From a virus, in the IMG/VR virus record IMGVR_UViG_3300040786_000062: a stretch of 64,000 nucleotides of DNA. One strand, 5' to 3'. Every line of letters begins with the position of its first letter. Within the stretch, counting starts at the first letter, position 1. Shown one piece after another: positions 47,342-59,357 of this stretch. Made by a program: the position numbers and the translations under genes. The notes beneath the pieces were generated by a model. That model had not been told where the DNA came from, ran no database searches, and saw only the letters and a program-made list of their open reading frames with translations.

Positions 47342-47947
47342 TTATTTTATAGGACAAAATGTTGCGCTGTATATATACTTAGGATTTCTCTTAATATTTA
47401 CACCCATTGATAAACCACAAACTTCAATATCTAATAAACACTCATCAGAACTACCACCACATATTATAACCTCTTTACCCTTTAATGTCTTAAACAAATC
47501 GTATAATTTCTTACTCATGGTTGCCATTTATGATTCTATATAAACTATTATAGTACCCTCTGATGTAGGAAAGAAGTCACCTCTTTTAATATTCCAGAAT
47601 CCTCTTTTTCTTTATCTCTTTATATACATTAACATCTAATATATTCTTGTAAAGTCTGCATTAACATCGTAGTTGTATCTCTTTTCGATAAGGTCTACTT
47701 GATTATTGAATTTATATAAATCATCCTTATTTTCTATATCTGGATTATTATCATATAGGTAGTCCTTGTCTGGGTTTTACCATCAACATGATTATCAAAT
47801 ACTTGATAAACTTTATTATAACTTAGGCAATATTTATTTAATTCTGATAGGTAATTTTTCGTAAAATTCATTAAAACTCTTTTGAACATCTATTATTATT
47901 AATATATTATTCTTTCTGAAGTTTTCAAATATTTTTATGTGTTTCAT
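47342..47947 (-). CDS. Isochorismatase/nicotinamidase-like cysteine hydrolase with capsid-targeting-like N-terminus
   Basis: MKHIKIFENF, then LIIIDVQKSF (Asp), VFDNH (metal site), IEKRY (Lys) and IICGGSSDECL (Cys); the D-K-C triad appears intact. Confidence 0.75.
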
Positions 47948-47949
47948 TA

Positions 47950-49427
47950 TTTTATAATATGTTTTTAATAATTCTATTAATTGTCTCTATTTCAGATTTC
48001 AGAATATTACTATCTATTGAGTCAATTACCTCGGTAAAGACATTATAATTTCTATCGGCTTCAAATGCTTGTATTCTACCAAAATACCTATTTAGTTCTT
48101 TAAAAAGTTTTACGTCTATTTGTATTAAGTAATTGTCTAATAAAGTTTACTTCTTCTAAGACAATTTCGAAGTCATCTAGTGTTTCTACTTTATAACTTG
48201 AAATGTGTTTATAGATAGTATCCGATAATTCATTTAATAACTCAAAACCACTCTGTGCTCACTACTTATATTCTTATCAATAAATCTAATTGTGTCGTTA
48301 ATATAAATATTAGAATCTGCGTTTTGTTTTATGGTATCGGATATTGTGTCGTTTATCGAATTAACCAGATAAGATACAGTTTTACTCCTTGTATCAATAG
48401 AATATTCCTCAGAATGTTCTTTATTTACTGTTCTAAAATATCAAACATTTTAGATGATATTATCTCTAGGTTATAAAGTGATTCGGTCCTATCTTTGGGA
48501 TGTATAAAATAAAGCATATTTCTTCCTCCTAGAATTCTAGTTATCATTTTCCCAGTGCTTTTAAATCATCGAGGTTGCCACTAATACTACTACTTTCGAA
48601 ATCTTATCAACATACCTTCCGATATTCTCGCCTCTTATAACTTCGTCGCTTTTTAGTGCCAAACTACCTTTTAGCATCTCTTCTATCTTTTTTATAATGG
48701 TAGAATTAACTTCACTCTTTTTAACTTTTAATATCTAATATTAACGAAAATGTGCAGAATTTATTGATTTTCTCACATCTCCATTTGAGGGAAAAACTAT
48801 TATCATAGCGGATAGTAACACGTTATGTGAATATGGATCTTCTTCTTGTTCTTCTTTTTGTTAGGTATCAAAATATATGCATCATCAAAATTAAAATCTG
48901 AAAGTGCCCATGATTTTTTAGATATTAACTTCCAATCATCACCATAAGGCTGAGAACCTTTTTTTCTGTCTTGTATTAGATACTTAGTACCCTGTTCAAT
49001 ATATATCTGTCCTACGACTGTATCACCCTCAATATCCATACGAGTATAGTTCCTCCTTCTATATCTTCAAAGTCTACTCTGGATAACTTTTCCCTAATGT
49101 ATAAGAACTAGGATTAGTGTCTAAGACCCACCTCTTTTAATTCCATCAACTCCGGTCATTTCTAAGTAATTACCATTCACATCAAACCAAAACTTAATAA
49201 GGCTAATTTCACCTATATTTTGATCAATAGCCTTTTTATTTAATGCCTTTTGAAAGGAAGGTATTCAAATAAATCATCTGATAATTTTGAGTATGGAAGT
49301 CGATTGTATTACAAACTAATTTTAGAGTATTTATAAACTTGTCTTTATTTTTTATATAACTAATGACACCTGAAACCTTACTAGAATCAAATGCTTCGAA
49401 TAACTTAATATATTTTAAACTTATCAT
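47950..49427 (-). CDS. Hypothetical protein(s), starting MISLKYIKLFEAF
   Basis: ORF fragments 49236..49427 and 48803..49039 plus manual joins; the number of genes is uncertain. Confidence 0.45.
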
Positions 49428-49429
49428 AT

Positions 49430-51093
49430 AACTGGACCAACTATTTCTATCTTCAACCCTTTTGATTTAAGTGAGTTGATATACTTCTTGGAATCTTTAT
49501 CTACTAAATCTCCCGATATTATAAACTTTTTAATATTATCATTTTTTACAATTTTAATAAATTCATCCATAGAGTCTAATGTATATAATATTTCTAATAC
49601 TTCTAAATTTTTGAATATAGAAAGTCTATATCTCCTATTACATCACAACTCAAAATTTGTAACTTTTGATATCAGGATTATAATCATTAATCTCTTTAAT
49701 TACAGAAGCGTCAAATTTACATTTATCAAGCGAAATAGAACTACTTTTATTCTATTGAAATATTTGAGTGTTCTAATATCAATAAACCTAAACTTCAACC
49801 AATCTAGTTTTAAATTTAAATCTAGAAATGATTCTGGTACATCAATAGTCTCTATAATTACTTCTGATAAATTTACATCAGGTGATATTATAACTTTACT
49901 CCAGTCATATATTCTACTAAGATATAACTTTTAGTATTTTTACCAATGTTTATGGCAGTTTAGAATGAAGTCTATCATGATACGGACTATCTAAATTATC
50001 ATCAGGATCTATATCAGGTGCATATACATAGGTATCAGAATCAAAAGTTTGTTTATTTCCACTATACTTAACAATCATCTCATCTATAACATTCTTCATT
50101 CTATCAGGATATGCCCTATCAAAGAAAACTTTAATAGAACCATCTTGCGTATCTATATTTCTTATTATAGTTCTTGATAACGGCAATTGATCAGAAATCT
50201 TCTCATCTTTCCAGAAAATAGGAGTATCAAACAACAAAATGCAGGTATACTATTTGGATCAAAACATTACCAAGTAGTTGTGAATTATGTGAACCTGAGT
50301 ATAAATGTTGACATGAAGAATAAAACTTACTAATAGACATATTTAAAATATCTTTAGGATTATGTGAAATTGATAGATAAATGTCTCTATTAAATATTTC
50401 AAAATCTAACTCATATTCCCTATTAGCATTATCACTTGCAAAGTTTATAAAATCTTGTAGTCTATGAAATGTATTAGAATTTATCTTATCACTAACTTCA
50501 TATCCTTCTATATCTTGTTCAATGAACTTAGTTATTAGATTATTATAATCACTCAAAACGAATTTATGTTTATCAAGTTATTACTAAATACCAAATCCCC
50601 TTTACTTTACTAACCCTTATTAGATTGTTTTCGCTATCTCTAAGAGGTTGCCCAGCATCATTCTTTGATATTATACTATCAGCAATACTATCAGCAATTG
50701 ATAATTTTCTAAATACACTTTCGTATAAAACCACAATTTGGTCTAATGATGGTGATTGTATATCAAATGAAGATAATATTTTAGAAAACTTATCAACTAA
50801 GATAGATGTATCTATCGATTTATTTAAAATATGTATAAACGGCTTTGGAAGTGTCGTAAACAAATCTAAAAGTTCTTTAATATCACAATTGCTGAAAGCT
50901 CCTAATGCTTTGTATTTATCCTCTTCGGATAATTTCCACTTACCTTGTATTATCTTATTAGTTGGGGTCACCTCATCATAGTCTAAGTACTTTTCTCCCC
51001 ATCTTTCCGAAACTTGAATAGCCTGTTTCGAAGTATAACATCTCTTATTTTTGCTTCTTTTATAAAGAAGTCTCTTGTTCTTATATACTTCAT
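49430..51093 (-). CDS. Large hypothetical protein (MKYIRTRDFFIKE...SISHNPKDILNMSISKFYSSCQHLYSG...FFDRAYP)
   Basis: ORFs 50573..50971, 50227..50556 and 49950..50237 chain across frameshifts. Confidence 0.6.
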
Positions 51094-51956
51094 TGTTAAA
51101 ATAGATTTTATTATTACTATATATTAACTTATTAATTTATATATTTGCATTATGATAAACAAATTAGATAAAAACAATATAGATAATAAAATAAGAATAA
51201 ATATGAAAGAAATTAAAATTACACTAAGAGAGTAGATTTTATAAATGTTTGTAAGACAGGAACTATAACTTACAATACAGGATATAATAAACTGGTTGCT
51301 TATATATCAAAATAGAAATGAAGAAACTGGCATTGAGTGAGTTAGTAGAAAAGAAGTTGAAGGCGAGGTTTTAGTATTATAGTAAGTGATATTGAAATTG
51401 ACATGATCAAAGAAATATTAAGAAGATCTCCTATTTTTCTGACTTATTTTACGAAATTTAATATGGAAAATATATTGGTTGTACCCGTTTTAATAATAAT
51501 ATCATTTAGTATATTATTTTATATACTAAATAACTTATATTTAAAGAATATAGAATTAAATAAATCTTTATCAAAATTATTGAATATAGAATCTAATTTA
51601 TCCAAGGAATTTGAGTTGAAATTATCTGATTCTAAAAAATTTATGATGGTAAATTAAAGAAGATACTATCTATTAATCCTGGTGATAAAGTTCTATATAT
51701 CGCATCATTATCTTTAAAAGATGATAGAACTAAGGATTTCATTATTAAATTTGAGGCAGAAGTAGTTATGAAAACAGAATTAAAGGTAAAACTAAAGGCA
51801 ATTGATTATACATCAGATGATGATTATGGAAGAGATGTTGCTAATAGAAATTCTATAATCTCTTATATGAATAATAAGTGGATAGACATAGATAACGTTG
51901 AATTAATTATAGACAACTCAACACTAAGAGATATTAAATTAGATATTATATTATAA

Positions 51957-51992
51957 AAAAAAACTTCAAATTATTAAATTTGAAGTTTTTTT
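51957..51992. terminator. Bidirectional terminator
   Basis: A-run-cttcaaatt...aaatttgaag-T-run between convergent genes. Confidence 0.75.
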
Positions 51993-52504
51993 ATCTAGAA
52001 ATCAGAATCAAACCAATCTAAAATTATATTATTCTTATCAATTATAAATTGCAACTCATCTCTTTTAACTAGTTGAAATTCGTAATGTCTACCTGTTTTA
52101 AATAATGTTCTAATAAAGAATTTCTTTATTCCAATTTACTAACTTCTCATCAATCATCAAACATAATACTTTTTTCATCCTCGCTATTATACTGTGTTAT
52201 TAAATCTCCATTATCTTTCAATAGACCTTGTTTTCCGTAGAAATAAATTTTGTCTTCAACTCCTCACCTGATAATGTATATTTAATAGTAATATCATCTC
52301 CCGGTAAAATATTTAAGTTTTCATCTTTTAAGTAAAGTCTTATCCAAAAGTAAACTTTTGATCATCTATAACTTTAGTAGAAATACTCTTATCTTCTTTC
52401 CAATTTTCAGACTCATCGGTGTCTATGTTCTTACACTGTTCTACTAAAGAATCCATGTAATTTGTTTTATTAAATCACTCATTTTTTCTAATTTTTTTTT
52501 ATAT

Positions 52505-53325
52505 TATATCGCAATCTACTTCTGATTTTATCTTTGTATACCTTCTATATTTGATATTTTAAAATCACTAACTTTTATTTTATAAAAATCTATGTTAGTT
52601 GGTAAATCTATGATTGGTTGTTGATCTAGTGGTTCTCTTTCTAATATTTCAAGAGCCGCTTCGATATGTCTATCATAAATATGTAAGTTTTGAATAAAAT
52701 GACAAAACTTACCTACTTTATAATTAAGATGTGATGCAACCATCATTTGAAGTGCAACATATTGTATCTTATTTATATATCCTGCCATTATATAATCATT
52801 ACTTCTTTGATTTAGCGTCATGTCAAGGTACATTATACCTTCCACATCTCTAACAGACCAAATTGTTTCATATGCACAAGGGTATAAACCATCAGTTTCT
52901 TTTAAGTCGGATTCTTGTAGCATATTAATAATATGTCTTCTCGAAAAGGATCATTTTAAGACCATCTAATAGAGTATTCAATAAACCCATTTCTTAACAG
53001 TAGCTCCATATCTTTGTCCGATTGTGCCATCACCAATATCCCACTCATCCCACCACATAATACCTCTATTATGCGCAGAATCTAATTTAGAGTCTTGGTC
53101 TTGGTATATCCATAAGATTTCGTTGATTCCGGTTTTAATGGCAGTATTTCGAAGTGTAGTAATTGGAAACTCACCTTTTGATACATCATATTCTTCAAAT
53201 ATTTGAGTTATAAATAAACAATGTGCATCAGTACCATCTTTATACTTAGGTCTTGGGTTCTTGTCTATGTTATTCTCTTTTAATATTCTTTTAAATTCTC
53301 TGTAATATATATCTGCTTTTATCAT
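52505..53325 (-). CDS. thyA: Thymidylate synthase
   Basis: FPITTLR, EILWIY, WWDEW, IGQRYG, RRHII, LYPCAY (catalytic Cys), NQRSND, NKIQY, NLHIYDRH. Confidence 0.95.
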
Positions 53326-53377
53326 AACAATTATATATTTTAATTAAAAAGTTCAGAATATGAAAAAATAGTTGAGT

Positions 53378-53949
53378 TTATCTAAACTCAACTATTTCAT
53401 GTTCACTTAAAGGTATTCTAACATCATTAGATAGCAAATTAAACTCTTTACAGCACTCTAAAATATAGTTTGAGTGTTCTATATAATCTTTCTTAATTTG
53501 TGGACTTAAACTACCACTTTCAAGACCCTCGGGAAATTTAACCACTGCATGTCCTAATGTTAAGTGCATCCCAAAGAATGGTTCTTTGGATAAACCAATA
53601 ACCTCTCTTATATTCTCTGCTTCTGGACAATGAACTCTTAACCACCAATGTTCACCATTAGATCTAGGCTCCAACTCGATGTAGAAGTCAATTTCTTTTT
53701 TTATTGAAAACGGCTATAGCTTGCTCAAAAGTTTCTTTATCTAGTCTATCATTAATAAAGGTGATGTGAGTGCCTCTAAGGTTTTGTTTAATTCTAAGTT
53801 AAACCTTTTCTTTAAAAACCAGGCATAGTAACTATCAAGTTCACAATCGGTTTTAATGATTGCAACTCTTTTCCAGACAGATTGTGATTTATGTTTCTTT
53901 GTAAAATCAACTGGGTAAAATCTAATATACCTCTTACTTTAATTACCAT
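53378..53949 (-). CDS. 2H phosphoesterase superfamily protein
   Basis: Two HxT motifs about 70 aa apart: LRGTHITFIND and FGMHLTLGH. TATATTTG lies 4 nt upstream of the ATG. Confidence 0.75.
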
Positions 53950-53989
53950 TCTACAAATATACGAAATAATTTTTTATTATATATAGTTA

Positions 53990-54310
53990 ATGAAACATTT
54001 AGTTAAATTTAATGAGAGTATTGAAAGTAGTGAATGGAATGATGTTGATGTAGAATATTTTAAAAATTGTTTTATTGATTTCGACAAAGGAGCGACTATA
54101 AGACCAATTTTTATGGAGAATATAAAGCAGGCTATTGTCAAATTGAAATAGAGGGTCTGTTATCAAATAAATTAGTATAGAATATTTTATAAAATTAACA
54201 GACGAAATGTCAGAAATGTATAAAGATTAAAGTATTCTAAAAGTTAAACAAACTAAAGTAGGCAGATCAACAATAAGAAACTAATGAAGATGATGATGAT
54301 TATACCTTAG
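53990..54310 (+). CDS. Hypothetical protein with capsid-targeting-like N-terminus (MKHLVKFNES)
   Basis: In-frame start; TATATA upstream. Confidence 0.55.
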
Positions 54311-54528
54311 TATATTTATAAATAGAAAAAATTATGAAAGAATTAGACAAAAAACAAATTTCAATTTTAAGAGAACAATATGTAATTAAGTATTGTAAGA
54401 ACTTAGGATGGAACCCTAACGAGTTATCAACCAAACAGATGTTAATAGTTGTGAATCAACAAGAATATATCTCTCCTATATTTAAACATATATAGTATTT
54501 ATTCATATAATTAAAAAAAGTTAATTAT

Positions 54529-55290
54529 ATGAACACAACTCATTCTTTACATATGTCATTGGATACAAACATAGCAATGATAGAATAAATAATCTAAGAC
54601 ATGTTCTGGATTGGATAAATGGCTTTCAAGGTGTTGATGTAATACTTGTAGAACAAGATAAACACAGCAAAATATCTCACTTAAACTTAAAATGTCGTCA
54701 CATTTTCTTAAAGACAAAACAACCTTATAATAGATCTTGGGCATTTAATGTCGCAATGAAAAATGCAAAATCTGGTATTATTGTATTTGGTGACTCTGAT
54801 ATAATAATGGATCCTACTCAATTTATAGAAAGTCTAAGAAGTCTAGAGAACTTTGATATGGTAAGTCCTTATAAATCAGTTTTAGATTTAAGACCTGAGG
54901 AATCACATCTTCCATTAACAGAGTTATATAAAATAAATAGACCTGGTAGAGGAGAAAATGATAATCAGAAGATAAATCCTTGTGGAGGTATTGTAATGTA
55001 TAGAGCAGACGCAATAAATAAAATTGGAGGTTGGTGAAGATTTTATAGGCTGGGGTGGTGAAGATGACTTCGAGTTTGTTAAATCAAAATCATTTCTAAC
55101 TTGGACAGAAATGCCAAATAAATGTTACCACTTGTATCATAATAGAACCGCACCTGATAAGGTTGGATATCAGAAAACACTACAATTGTTAAAACACTAA
55201 CTTCTTTATCTAAAGAAGAGTTAGTTAGACAAATAAGTACTAGTATATCAAGAATAGGAAGGAGAAATCTAAATGACAACTATTAAAAAA
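54529..55290 (+). CDS. Glycosyltransferase (GT-A fold, GT7/beta-1,4-galactosyltransferase C-terminal type)
   Basis: VILVEQD, YNRSWAFNVA, VFGDSDII (DxD), GGIV...IGGW.EDFIGWGGEDD, CYHLYH. Confidence 0.88.
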
Positions 55291-55674
55291 ATATGCAACT
55301 ATTCAGAGTCTGTAAAACCGGCTCTTCCCTTCGCAGAGTTATACTATTTAGATTATACTATTAAAATAGTGACTCACATAATAGAGAAGCTAATAAATAG
55401 AGAACTTATGATAGATGTCGTACTTGGTTTAGAAAGTGATTCAGGCGTAGAAAATAAATTTATTGAATATTTAGAAGATGATATGTATTCAACAGTTACT
55501 TCCGAAATTATGTCTATTCGTGTGCAGTATTCAAAATTTACAACAGAGAAAGATTTAGAAAGAATATTATTTTTAAAACTAGATAAATTAACCGATAGTA
55601 AACGTCTTGCGAATCTGGTAATAAAAACAAAAATGTTGTATTTGATTATTCTGAATCTGTTGAATATAACATGA
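55273..55674 (+). CDS. Hypothetical protein
   Basis: 133-aa ORF directly after the glycosyltransferase. Confidence 0.55.
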   Translation: MTTIKKICNYSESVKPALPFAELYYLDYTIKIVTHIIEKLINRELMIDVVLGLESDSGVENKFIEYLEDDMYSTVTSEIMSIRVQYSKFTTEKDLERILFLKLDKLTDSKRLANLVIKTKMLYLIILNLLNIT

Positions 55675-55957
55675 AAAGGTTGTATCTAGAATAGATTCAA
55701 TTAGTAATCTTATTAGCATAGAATCCAGAGGCGGTTATGTAAATACTATAATAATTGGTAGTAATATTTTAGAATTACCTAGTAATATTTCAGCAGAAGT
55801 AATTAGAAGTAGTTTAATTGATCCAGATAAGATAATTATTATGAATATAGTTGATACAGTTTCATCAGGATTAATTGTAATAATATTAATGATAATAGTT
55901 ACTATATGCAGGAAACGCCAAATTGGAATAGACACATCAAATCTTTTCTTGTTAAAT

Positions 55958-55986
55958 AAAAAATCCCAATTTATTGGGATTTTTTT
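55958..55986. terminator. Bidirectional terminator
   Basis: aaaaaatcccaat-tt-attgggattttttt. Confidence 0.8.
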
Positions 55987-56689
55987 ATTTAAGAGCAACT
56001 CTTAGTTTTTTATATTTTAGCATCAATTTATATATATCATCCCATTCTTCTAATGGATTTTCAACTAACTTCTCATTCCATTTATTATTACTAAAAAACT
56101 CAACTATCATTCCAACCTGAAAGTCTTCTTTATTATTAGGTATCCAATATCTCTTTGACTCTATAAATGAGAATGATAAACCTTTATAGATATAAGACAA
56201 CTCACTATCTGGATTATACATACTAAGTTCTAATAACTTCTCTGAACCATCTCTGAATAATCTTTTGCAGATTTCTCTCCTTTATACTTTATTATAAAAT
56301 ATTCCTGGTCTATTCTATTTAATATGGAAAGTGCACTCTCTTAGTGTATCATTATCCAAACCATCACTGTATGCCACTAGCGCATCATGATAGTCACCAT
56401 CATAGCTTTTCATTTCAACTAGATTATAATTCATTGTATATAATTAGAAATAATATCATCTATTCTATCAGATGATATTATTAAATATGATATGTTTATA
56501 TTTTCTAAGTTCATATTTATATATATTAAATTTACTTATCAGTAACTATAAATATTTTCAACAAGACTTCTTTAGTAAGTTGTTTAATTTTAGAAAAGAA
56601 ATCTATCGCATCTTCTAATGATGCACATTCTACTTTTCTTATTGTTTCTTTTGTTTCTTTTGTTTTCAGTGAGTATGTTTTCATTACTT

Positions 56690-57906
56690 ATATATTATTT
56701 TTAAATTCGTTATTTATTTCACTTTCAAATATAGAATTTACAACATCTCTATATTTACGAGGAAAACAATACTATCATGTACAGTTATTATTTTAATTTC
56801 AGGATATATATTCATTATTTTTTTATTATAGTATTGAATATAAGGTTTGACTCGGCTTTCTGTAGATCATATGCAAGTACTGGTAGTCACCTTTTTTTCT
56901 TTATACAACTTAATGAAATTATGTATTGTCGGGAACAATGAAACAAATACTTTATCAGCCTTACTATTTTTTCATATTTCTACCAAATAGAACTTTATAC
57001 GTAAGTTCTTTTATTACTTTTTATCACTCTCTTTAATTCCTTCATTATATATTGATAATAATTTCCACTTACCGTAAGTTCCGTAAATAGTTTTAATTCA
57101 TCTTCTTTAACCCAGCTACTTTAGACTCTGATAGTAACTTTGCTAGAAATAATGGCTGTGAGTTCATAATATCTATTTCAGGGTTTCTTCACCATCTATT
57201 AAAAGGCAATTTTTCTTATAAAGGATTTTAGTATTGTGTAATTAGTATGTAATCTACCATAATTATCAAGTGATAAAATATATGTTGATTATTTATACAC
57301 TCAACTGAATAAATATTTCTGTTATAGATATCATAATCTTGATACTTCAAAGAGTCAAGAAAAAATATTGCACGATCAAAGTCTATTTTAACACTAAATA
57401 AGTCAGTAACTAATTTAGCTCTAATATCTTCTTCAATTAGATTTTTTATCAGATGTTTCACCAATGTGTATACTATCTATAAACTTCTTTTTATACTTTT
57501 TTAAGAGTACTTTATCAAAGTTTTTATATCGTTTTATATCACTTTAAATATTTCATTATTAAGAGTATATACTCTGGATGAGATACCTTTTGGTGGTTTG
57601 ATACTAGTTTAATAATATCCTTATCAACTAAATACAATATAGTAGTTATATAGGTATCCGTATTTATCTTTCAATATTGTTGCATTTAGCGCAAACCTGT
57701 TATCTTTCTTGAAATAATATTTTAGAATTAGATTGTGTGTTATGTCAATTATATATCAGTTTTAACTTAGTATTATTAAATTGAAGTGTTTTTATAGTAG
57801 ATATATCATATAAACATTTTGGTAAAATTGAAGAGTGGATTTTTTATTATCTAGTCGTTTAGCCAAGTGGAACTAGATTCTTTCGTAATTGTGTTTTAAT
57901 ATACAT
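56690..57906 (-). CDS. Small family-A / T7-RNAP-related (TV-Pol-like) polymerase-palm protein
   Basis: DNYGRLHTNYT, motif A EIDIMNSQP, motif B K..IKELTYKVLFG, LQKAES, motif C ITVHDSI; about 400 aa with no exonuclease domain. Confidence 0.7.
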
Positions 57907-57959
57907 AGATTTTATACTAAAAACAAGTATGTTTAGGATAATTGATTTTTATTCATATA

Positions 57960-57983
57960 AAAATCCTCAATACTGAGGATTTT
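57960..57983 (-). terminator. Intrinsic terminator
   Basis: aaaatcctca-atac-tgaggatttt. Confidence 0.75.
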
Positions 57984-57989
57984 CTATCT

Positions 57990-59319
57990 ATGTGTTTCAT
58001 ATTTTTTATTTTTTTTATCAAAAGATTCGATAGGAAATTTTACCACCTTTTTCACCTTTTTTCTTTTATCATCAACTCCTTTTTCAAACTCTGAATAAAC
58101 ATCAGGATAAACTTCACCATCACCATCTACATCATATTTAATATCAAAGAAGTCACCAAATCTAACAAACCTGCTCTATTTAATTCTACTTCATGCATTC
58201 TTTTAAATAGAAACTTATATGGTTATCAATTTCATCTACAAATTTATTAAATAAAACTACAGTATTTTCAGTAAATATTCCAATCGGTTTTTTTCTTTTT
58301 TTGATAAAGATCCTAATACAACTTTAAATATATACTCTATCTTATCACTATCGTTAATATACTCTCTGGTTAGTTTATTTTTATAAGATCCGTGTTTATC
58401 TTAAATTTATCTTTATCAAAAAAACTCAGGAACAACAAAGTCAAAATCTAATAGATCTGCTTTAACTTCTGAAATATATATGTTAAATAGTTTACATATA
58501 AGGTAGATATAAATCTCATCTTTTCTATCGCCTTTAACTTAATATCTTTTAAGTTAATTGATTGGCTGAAATTTAAAAATTAACTAATATTAGTGTATAT
58601 ATCTCAACAAATTCGGTATTATTATCATCACTTAACCTCTTATATAATGGATTCAATAGTTCGAAAGAAGAATCTTTAACTCCACTTCTTATTATTAACT
58701 TCTCTATATTTTTCTGAAAGTCATTATTCATTAGAAATGAATTTTGTGAAAGAGGATTCAATAACTTATAAAAGAAAAAGTAAATGACTTCTCTCCAAAA
58801 ATATACTCTAAGTCTTCTTCACTTGTATTAATAAAATATTTAATTGCTTCTACCATTTTATCAGTTAACACACCTCTATAAACTACTGGTAATGAATCTA
58901 CATCAAATAGTCAGAATATTCATCAATCTCTTCAAGTAGAAATGTATATTTACCTGATTTATTTATTGAAGTTAGTACTAAACCATTTTTAGGCATTCTA
59001 GCATATTCAATGTTGGCGGGTTTTGGTCTGCAAAATATTCAAAACAAAACCACCACTTTTTTATTCAAAAGACTTTTTACTCTATCATCTAATGATTCGA
59101 AATAACTAATTGCTGGATTATAATAGTTCTGCATAGCCAAATCGACCATATTTATTACCTCACTTGATACAGATTTAGGTTTTATACTGAATTTTCGCCA
59201 TTCCAGTTAACCCATATCTTAGAACCTTGTACATCCTCGAATACAATTATCTCTTCACTAAATATGCTATCTAATAGCTCATCATTGTTTAAACCATTTA
59301 AGGTTGTTAGTTTGCTCAT
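57990..59319 (-). CDS. RNA-ligase-fold-like protein lacking the motif-I lysine (tentative)
   Basis: IVFEDVQGSKIWV where Rnl2-type ligases have E-K-x-(D/H)-G-(S/T); FCFEYF (motif III-like); LPVVYRG. Confidence 0.4.
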
Positions 59320-59357
59320 AACTTGATTTATGTTTTTATCAACTTATATATTGAATA

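Noticed and set aside
57849-57900. tRNA-like start GTCGTTTAGCCAAGTGG
   Set aside because: No anticodon arm or T-arm follows, and it lies antisense within the N-terminus of the polymerase-like gene.
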